DNA of 64,000 nt, taken from Desulfatiglandales bacterium. Its GTDB lineage: Bacteria > Desulfobacterota > DSM-4660 > Desulfatiglandales > Desulfatiglandaceae. The notes beneath the pieces are model-generated. The model made no database searches. It worked only from the letters and a program-made list of their open reading frames with translations, and was not told the origin of the DNA. Made by a program: the position numbers and the translations under genes. Below are positions 57,181-64,000 of the stretch, piece by piece (position 1 is the stretch's first letter; every line of letters begins with the position of its first letter). Location: positions 96,001-160,000 of the forward strand of contig OY759599.1 in the NCBI GenBank assembly GCA_963662465.1, given 5' to 3'.

Positions 57181-59188
57181 GCGCATAAGTCTAAATGTTG
57201 TGGGGTTGTATAACCCATCAAAATTAAAAGGCGTTTTCGGTAAACAAGAATGCATTATGAACATTCATAACTTGAATCCAAGGTAAGTCAAATGTTTGGC
57301 CGTTGGCTAATTCAAAGGGACTTTTATGAGCATTTTTTGCGCCAGGTAAAAATGGGACAAAATTCCTGATAGTCGCATGTGCTCGAAAGAAAAGACTTGC
57401 CCATTTCTTATCTCGAAAACTCTCAATTTGTTTTAGTTTACGTTTGATTCCTTTTAAATAATTGTCAACAATGGAGGTTGTTTGTTTTATCCCATTTCTA
57501 TTTTTATGAGAGGTATAATGAGTGGCATTTTCTTTTAATTCTACTACCCTCTTTTTTAGTAATGGATGAGAAAATGCATCGTCATCTAATGCCTTAATCT
57601 TTACTTCCAAGTTAACTTTAGATGTGGATGTTTTCAAAACTTTCTTAAATTTTTTATAAAGCTTGTCCACTTCTTGGTCGGTACATTTTGATTCTTTTTG
57701 ATATTTTGATAGTGCATCGTAGAAGTTTTTCAAACAATGACGATGGCAATATCCGACCCAAATGTTATGGAATACGGTCTTGATAGCATTGGTTGAGGCT
57801 TTCCACTTATCTTTTGTTACACCAAGGATTTTGAAGTCGATTTTTTGCAAAAAATCCTCAAATGAACCGCACAGGTTTTCTTCATCAACATGATCAACAT
57901 AATCGGAGTGCCATACTAATAAATTTTCAGGATCGACCATAACTACAGAATAAGTTCTTAAATTTGGTTCTTTTTCAAAGCCCTCATCTTCCTGTAGATA
58001 TCCTGAGCCTTTCACTCCTGCTCTTGTTAGTATTGTTGCAGGATGAAGTGTTCCTGCCCATCGATTCCAGTTCAAGATGGTCTGTTTGCTTTTGACACTT
58101 TTTTTGCCAATAATTTTAAGGCTTTCGATGGCTCCTTGAATGCTCGCATTAAAACGGTACATATTCCGAAATACGTGCCCAATAATCTCTATACCAAAAT
58201 TCTTTTCCCTTGGGAGAAAGCTGGGAACAAGAGAGAACTTTTGTTTGCACTTCCGGCATTGTATCATGCGGATTGGGAATGTCTGTTGTTCTCCTCCATT
58301 CATTATTGTTTTTCGAGGATTCCCGCGGAAACCAGATAAAATATATTCTTTAGGTCCAGAACATGTTGAATTATGGCCTGTGTGGTGATCATATTTATCG
58401 AGTTTATCTAATACTTCAATGCGAAACTTCTTACTGTCTTTTACGAGAGCATGATAGCTTTCGGTGTTATTATAAGGAAAGATATATGTTTGATTTCCTC
58501 GTTTAGAAACAAGGTCTTCCATTTTCTTTTTTACATTTTCGATTATGGATTTATCAAAAGATTTTAACATCCCTATCTCAAATGCAATACTGATTGTACT
58601 ATCACGACTTTTTACATTATTCAATTTTTTAGTAATATTACTTATCATTGAACGAATTGAATAAAAGATTCTAATTTTCTGTCGATCCCGTTGTGTTTTT
58701 GGAATGCTTTTTTTCCCTTTTATTGGCTTACAAATATCCCATAATTGACTTATTAACCTACCAAGTTCATCAATAAGAGCAGACAATGTTACATAAAAAT
58801 ATTGCAATGATTGAAACATCTCCCTTTCATTGATCCATGATCTGATGGCATTAATGCATTTCTCAATTTCAAAGAAAATCTCAGGATACTGTTTTGGATC
58901 GTAATAACATTGTCTTGCAAGTCTGTTTTGAGCTTTGTCCAACATTGTCAAAGCTCTCTTAATATTATTAATCATGTGCAACCTCTCTAATTTAACATAG
59001 ACTGTTGCACTATGATTATGCACACTTATCAAAAAAAGTCCCTAACTTTTTTCCGCTAAGGCGAATTCAGGAAAAAATGTTTGGCCTCACGAAATGCGCT
59101 TTGATTAGGATATTGATTCTGAACCGTTTAACAGATGAAATAATTTCAATATGTTAGAGTAAACCCCACAACATTTAGACTTATGCGC
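57181..59188 (-). mobile_element. Insertion sequence, family unassigned, 27-bp TIRs, no target duplication
   Basis: gcgcataagtctaaatgttgtggggtt (57181-57207) and its exact reverse complement (59162-59188); AT-rich interior. Confidence 0.9.
57224..58975 (-). CDS. Putative DDE-type transposase
   Basis: Single ORF filling the TIR-bounded element; CxxC, QEDEGF, VTKD, YCHRH, TTSIVDNY. Confidence 0.75.
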   Translation of the reverse strand: MINNIKRALTMLDKAQNRLARQCYYDPKQYPEIFFEIEKCINAIRSWINEREMFQSLQYFYVTLSALIDELGRLISQLWDICKPIKGKKSIPKTQRDRQKIRIFYSIRSMISNITKKLNNVKSRDSTISIAFEIGMLKSFDKSIIENVKKKMEDLVSKRGNQTYIFPYNNTESYHALVKDSKKFRIEVLDKLDKYDHHTGHNSTCSGPKEYILSGFRGNPRKTIMNGGEQQTFPIRMIQCRKCKQKFSLVPSFLPREKNFGIEIIGHVFRNMYRFNASIQGAIESLKIIGKKSVKSKQTILNWNRWAGTLHPATILTRAGVKGSGYLQEDEGFEKEPNLRTYSVVMVDPENLLVWHSDYVDHVDEENLCGSFEDFLQKIDFKILGVTKDKWKASTNAIKTVFHNIWVGYCHRHCLKNFYDALSKYQKESKCTDQEVDKLYKKFKKVLKTSTSKVNLEVKIKALDDDAFSHPLLKKRVVELKENATHYTSHKNRNGIKQTTSIVDNYLKGIKRKLKQIESFRDKKWASLFFRAHATIRNFVPFLPGAKNAHKSPFELANGQTFDLPWIQVMNVHNAFLFTENAF

Positions 59189-60267
59189 GAAAAACCTTGG
59201 CTGTCGGTGTTTACCCCGAAGTGACATTGGCCGAAGCCAGACAGCAGCGTGATGATGCGAGGAAGCTGTTGCAGAAAGGTGTGGACCCGTCCCAGCATAA
59301 AAAAGAAACAAAATTAATTCAGCGGGAATTAGCGGTCAATAATTTTGAGGCCGTAGCGCGGGAATGGTTCGATAAAAATACTCACGTTTGGACGAAAAAG
59401 CATGCGACAACCGTTATCCGGCGTTTGGAGTTAAATGTTTTCCCCATCATCGGCAACCGTCCAATTAAGCTGGTTACTGCTCCTGAACTCCTGGAAGTCC
59501 TTCAGAAGATAGAAAGCCGTGGAGCCATTGAGACAGCCCACAGGGTCAAGCAAATATGTGGTCAGGTGTTCCGGTATGCAATTGCAACCGGACGGGGGGA
59601 GCGTGATCCGAGCGCAGACCTCAAAGGGGCTTTGACCCCTGTGAAGCCAAAAAGTATGGCAGCGATTACCGATCCTAAAAAGATTGGGAGTCTGCTCAGG
59701 GCTATTGACGGTTATGACGGGCAAATTATGACAATGTGCGCCCTGCGACTTGCACCTCTGACGTTTGTGCGCCCTGGTGAACTCCGGCATGCTGAATGGT
59801 TGGAAATTGACCTGGATAATGCCGAATGGAAGATACCAGCTCACAAGATGAAAATGAAGCTCCCCCATATCGTACCACTATCCAGGCAAGCCGTTGATAT
59901 CCTGGTTGAGCTCAAACCTATTACGGGTGATGGACGGTATGTCTTTCCTTCCCTGCGAAGTACCGTCAGGCCTATGAGCAATAATACCGTCAATGCGGCT
60001 TTGAGGCGTATGGGGTATGCGAAGGACGAAATGACCGGCCATGGTTTCAGGGCCATGGCGTCAACGATCCTTCATGAACAGGGGTGGCCATCCGATGTGA
60101 TCGAGCGTCAACTTGCCCATACTGAGGGGAACAGCGTGAAGGCCGCTTACAACCATGCTCAGCACCTTCCTGAACGGCGGAAGATGATGCAGTCATGGGC
60201 TGATTGCCTGCATGCGTTAAAGGGCGGTGCTCAGGTGACCTCCTTCCGGCGGGTGAATGGAAGTTAA
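59189..60267 (+). pseudogene. P4-like tyrosine integrase, 5'-truncated at the IS end
   Basis: Begins mid arm-binding domain (KTLAVGVYPEVTLAEAR); RPGEL, HGFR, QLAH..AAYN catalytic motifs intact. Confidence 0.88.
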
Positions 60268-60441
60268 GTGGGATATCTTATGTGGGGGTAAACGGTAAAA
60301 AATAACATTTCCGATCCTATGCGCAAAAAGCGCAATATTTGCGTAAGGTTTTAATGGTGCCCATGGATATGGTTGCTCCCGAAAAGCGGGGCGCCCTATC
60401 TAATTTCAACATCGCCGTGACGTACAGTTAAATTTTCAGTT

Positions 60442-60499
60442 TCCGGGGATAGGTTCTGCAGACCGATAAGGCGTGATTACCTGTCTCGCTTTCCCCGGA
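60442..60499 (+). ncRNA. Structured element downstream of the integrase, possibly an int-alpA-type RNA motif
   Basis: Closing stem tccgggga/tccccgga with two inner hairpins; related partial copy at about 60365-60400. Confidence 0.35.
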
Positions 60500-60526
60500 T
60501 TAACAACAAGGCCGTGAGGGGCGGCT

Positions 60527-61372
60527 ATGACTATGCTACTCTTGGATTTTTGCAATATCAAAGAATGGACATCCGAAGCAGCCTTAAAACTCTACAAAAC
60601 ACACCGAATCATTCATTCCGAATGGGGAGAACGTGACGGGTTTGAGAAGTTTTGTGCATCTAAATACCAGCCTAAAAACCCTTTAGCTTTTGCACTGGTA
60701 GAAGTGAACGAGATCGAACCCTGGCTATCTGAAGACAGTGAAAATTCTTCCCCATCTGAATGGATGGGCATGCCTATCCTGTTTCCTTCTAATCCGGGGT
60801 ATTCTCAAATATGGCGGAGTTTGCAATTCAGTAAAGAACAATTTTATATCCCATTTCTGAACAAATGTTCGGAGGGCATTCTTGATTTGAATTTTGTGAA
60901 TGACCTACTGGAGGATTTCCAGGCTACACAAGACATTCGATTCTTGGTAACGGAAACCAAAGAAACTTTTTTTAGACCTCAATTCTCAATGAACAATAAA
61001 TATTTAAAAACGATTGAAGACCACATTGATTGGGAAATCTTATCCATTGTATTGAATCGACCAGAATTTTCAAAAAAACTGACACAATTGTTAAGAAGGT
61101 GCGTGAAGTGCAACAAGTATTTTCTTGCATCCAGAAACAACAAGGATTTTAAGAACTGTCCTACATGTTCCCGCAAAACATCCATGTCACCTGAAGCCCA
61201 GCGCGAATATCAAAGAAACAGGCGAAAAAAGTTGAAAGCGCAAAAAGAAGCAGCGAAGGTGGATGTCGAAACAAGAAAACGTGAGAAGAAAATTGATTTT
61301 TTCATGAAACAACTCGTAATACCCAGGGATGAGGCTATTAATCTAATTGAAGAAGAGGCTCAAATTGAATAG
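60527..61372 (+). CDS. Hypothetical protein with C-terminal zinc finger
   Basis: RRCVKCNKYF..CPTC. Confidence 0.65.
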   Translation: MTMLLLDFCNIKEWTSEAALKLYKTHRIIHSEWGERDGFEKFCASKYQPKNPLAFALVEVNEIEPWLSEDSENSSPSEWMGMPILFPSNPGYSQIWRSLQFSKEQFYIPFLNKCSEGILDLNFVNDLLEDFQATQDIRFLVTETKETFFRPQFSMNNKYLKTIEDHIDWEILSIVLNRPEFSKKLTQLLRRCVKCNKYFLASRNNKDFKNCPTCSRKTSMSPEAQREYQRNRRKKLKAQKEAAKVDVETRKREKKIDFFMKQLVIPRDEAINLIEEEAQIE

Positions 61373-61589
61373 CGTAACTGAGGAAGAGATAAAAAGACAC
61401 AGGTTTGCTAGGGTTACGCTTAGACGAATAACTGAATAAGGAGTATTTATATGTAAATACCTAAGTTACTTGTCATTTTTGACATAGCATTTTTTTGTAG
61501 GCATAAGAAGTCCGACATCTTAAATGATGTTTTGGGCTTTTTTTTTGGCCGATAGCTTCAAACAAAAGAATTTGAGAGGGGGTGAAGAA

Positions 61590-61796
61590 ATGAAAAACAA
61601 ACCGAACCTAGAACTAAAAACTATCCTTTTTAAAAGAGGCATTACACAGCGTCAATTGTCTTTTGGAACTGGCATTGACGAAGGTCTGATTTCAAAGACA
61701 ATTCGCTATGGCATGACCACTGCGCAGATCAGGGAACGGATCGCTGATTTTCTGAATGTGAATCAATCAGAGCTTTTTAACTATCGGAATTACTAA
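61590..61796 (+). CDS. XRE-like HTH protein
   Basis: RGITQRQLSFGTGIDEGLISK..IADFLNV. Confidence 0.75.
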   Translation: MKNKPNLELKTILFKRGITQRQLSFGTGIDEGLISKTIRYGMTTAQIRERIADFLNVNQSELFNYRNY

Positions 61797-61820
61797 TTCA
61801 ACTAAAGGGGGTGTTCTCAA

Positions 61821-62057
61821 GTGAATATTATGCGGAGCAGTTCCATCCTTCGGAGAAAACAGGTGGAAACCCGGACGGGCTTATCTCGTTCGACTATCTA
61901 CCTGCGGATCAAAAAAGGCACTTTTCCCAAACCGATTAAGCTCTCAGAACGTGCGGTCGGCTGGCTTGAATCAGAGATTGCTGACTGGTTGGACGAAAAA
62001 ATCCAGATCCGCGATGCCGGAGCTGAAATTCAGGGAGGTGAACTCCATGCCAGATGA
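61821..62057 (+). CDS. alpA: AlpA-family regulator/excisionase
   Basis: LRRKQVETRTGLSRSTIY..GTFPKPIKLSERAVGWLESEI. Confidence 0.93.
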   Translation: MNIMRSSSILRRKQVETRTGLSRSTIYLRIKKGTFPKPIKLSERAVGWLESEIADWLDEKIQIRDAGAEIQGGELHAR

Positions 62058-62393
62058 AACGGCGGCAATCCTGGAATTCATACGTTCGGTGGGTATCTAT
62101 TCGTTTGTTCTTGGAAAAGTCAAGGATGAAGCGGAAGCGGTGCGGATGTTCAAGGATGAATTTCAAGATTTGGTCAAGCTCTGTTCAGGTTCGGAGTGTG
62201 GGAAAAAAAATGGAAGCAATCAAATCAAATCTCAGAAGCCGTTTCATCAATCTTTTGGTGACCAAAGCTCTCTCATGGGTAGAAGAAATTTTAATTTGGC
62301 TTCCCTATTTCACGCGGATAAGCATGTGGATCGACGGGATTCATGTTTTCAGAGAGGGGTGCGGATCTAAGGCCCATCGAAGAGGAAATCGCA

Positions 62394-64000
62394 GTGGATA
62401 TTGAAGAATTCAAAGCAACGCTACAGTCAATCGAAAGTTCTGTCCCAAACCTGAAGCGCAAAACGGCAACCGAACTTGCCGGGCCATGCTTGAAATGTGG
62501 CGGAAAGGATAGGTTTGTCATCAATGATGGAAAATTCCTATGCCGCAATTGTCATCCAAAATTCGGGGATGTGATTGAATTTCACGCTTGGATGGAGGGA
62601 CTTTCATCAAGTGAATTCATGAAACAGCGTATGTCAAGATCCGCCAGCAGCCGGAAACAGAAACCCATGACCAACAAACAGGGCGCTGAGAAACTTCAAG
62701 GGATTTGGGACCGGATAAAGCCGGGGATTGAAGACCTTTCAAATGTCTACGCCTATCTTTGCGACAATCGGAAAATCAGCAGAAACACTGTTGAGAAGGC
62801 AGTCAAGGAAGGCAAAATCAAGTCTTGGCGCTATCCTTTGAACGTTTCCATTCTGAATAATTATTACAACGATGGAACCGACCCGCACGCTGTAGCGTTC
62901 CGGTATGACCGATTGGATAACGGTAAGCTGGTCGCGGTTCAAGCAGTATCCACGACCGGGAAACCCCTGTTTGTTTCCGATGGAGTGGGAAAAGGGAAGA
63001 AATTCGAGCGGGGATCGAAGGCTTCTGAGGGTTTCTTTTGCGTGGGTGCTCCATTAAACAAGGGGGACATGGTTTGTATTGTGGAGGCCCCGATAAACGC
63101 TTTGACCGGGGTTACCGTAAAACCGGATGCGGCATGGATCGCTATAGGCGGCAGCACTATGACCGCAAAATTCAAAGATCAGCTCAGGCCGATTTTGGTC
63201 GGGAAGCTGGTAAAAATTATTTGCTGTTTCGATAACGATGAACCCGGGCAAAAGGCTGTTCAGCGATGCGCGAAAGCTATGGGGCGCGAGATCTTCACGA
63301 TTGCTTACCCAGCGGGTGCAAAGGATGGGTTTGACATCAATGATTTCCTGAAGGCTGGGGACCGGCAGGCGATATTGGACATGATTGACAATGCGGTCCC
63401 TGTGGAGGCTGAAAAGGAGCCGGCAGATGAAAAGACCCAAAGCCAAATTCTGCTGGAAATAGCGTTGACAAATTCTCTGTTTCATTCACCGGAAGGCGAT
63501 CATTTCGCACGCGTGAAAGTTGGCGACCATTCTGAAACATGGGCAATCGCTTCGGAAGGCTACCAACGCATTTTGCGATATGGATTTTTCAAACAGCAGG
63601 AAAAGACGCCTGGCGCCCAGGCGGTTTCGGATGCAATCAAGGTGCTGGAAGGTATTTGTGAATTTGAAAACGAATTCACCCAGGCTATTCCTGAAATATT
63701 GGGGGGTATATTTGACGCTGTTTCATGTGCACTCAGGAATCGCCACAAGATCAAACCTGAAAGGCTTCCCCGCATGGCTGACTTTGCCATGTGGGTTATG
63801 GCTGCAGAAGCAGAAAGCGCTTTACCCTGGAACCCGGGCGGATTCATGGAAGCCTACAACCGGAATCGAGCTTCGATCATAGAGACTGCACTTGAATCTG
63901 ATTTGGTAAGTAGTGCTGTCAAAAGGTTTCTCGAAGATTCAATTGCAGATGAATGGAAAGGTACAGCATCAAAGCTCCTTGCCGCTTTAGAAATGATTGT
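62394..64000 (+). CDS. P4-alpha-like primase (zinc finger + TOPRIM), open to the window end and absent from the ORF track
   Basis: My translation from GTG 62394: GPCLKCGGKDRF..CRNC, IVEAPINAL, CFDNDEPG, DINDFL; no stop before 64000. Confidence 0.8.
   Translation, partial: MDIEEFKATLQSIESSVPNLKRKTATELAGPCLKCGGKDRFVINDGKFLCRNCHPKFGDVIEFHAWMEGLSSSEFMKQRMSRSASSRKQKPMTNKQGAEKLQGIWDRIKPGIEDLSNVYAYLCDNRKISRNTVEKAVKEGKIKSWRYPLNVSILNNYYNDGTDPHAVAFRYDRLDNGKLVAVQAVSTTGKPLFVSDGVGKGKKFERGSKASEGFFCVGAPLNKGDMVCIVEAPINALTGVTVKPDAAWIAIGGSTMTAKFKDQLRPILVGKLVKIICCFDNDEPGQKAVQRCAKAMGREIFTIAYPAGAKDGFDINDFLKAGDRQAILDMIDNAVPVEAEKEPADEKTQSQILLEIALTNSLFHSPEGDHFARVKVGDHSETWAIASEGYQRILRYGFFKQQEKTPGAQAVSDAIKVLEGICEFENEFTQAIPEILGGIFDAVSCALRNRHKIKPERLPRMADFAMWVMAAEAESALPWNPGGFMEAYNRNRASIIETALESDLVSSAVKRFLEDSIADEWKGTASKLLAALEMI

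Noticed and set aside
57181..57264. N-terminus MFIMHSCLPK.. of the 600-aa nrdD ORF
   Set aside because: Encoded by IS DNA, not by nrdD
57181..59188. Intron or intein interrupting nrdD
   Set aside because: Bounded by perfect TIRs, and the nrdD 5' exon is not on the far side
60268..60291. gtgggata..gtgggggta as integrase arm sites marking an att boundary
   Set aside because: Only two degenerate copies, with no core repeat or tRNA fragment nearby

Overview
Bacterial accessory DNA; the gene and repeat content suggests an anaerobic Desulfobacterota-like host, which is inference only. No rRNA, tRNA or CRISPR array was seen. (1) 1-21 kb is a surface-polysaccharide locus (wecB, sugar transferase, VanZ, glycoside-hydrolase-like protein, O-antigen-ligase-like protein) interleaved with about 11 toxin-antitoxin modules, two intact GxxExxY genes and two four-helix-bundle remnants. 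At least six families of short periodic repeats (labelled A-F here) punctuate it: they flank the GxxExxY and four-helix genes, stack in a recurring order, and sit in frame inside host genes. (2) About 21-57 kb looks like a large mobile element: ardC/radC-type leading genes, a Ycf46-like AAA module, a HerA-like ATPase with a PD-(D/E)XK nuclease, an OB-fold protein, a replication-relaxation protein and nrdDG. It also carries an archaeal-type orc1/cdc6 gene directly preceded by ORB-like boxes around an AT-rich core. Inside it are an intact IS4 and an integrase-less three-cassette integron array (HNH; Sir2-HerA; a non-coding cassette). (3) 57-64 kb holds an IS whose flanks are 5'-truncated nrdD and a 5'-truncated P4-like integrase, followed by a satellite-like alpA/primase region running off the window. 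All family assignments come from motif recognition by eye, not database searches.
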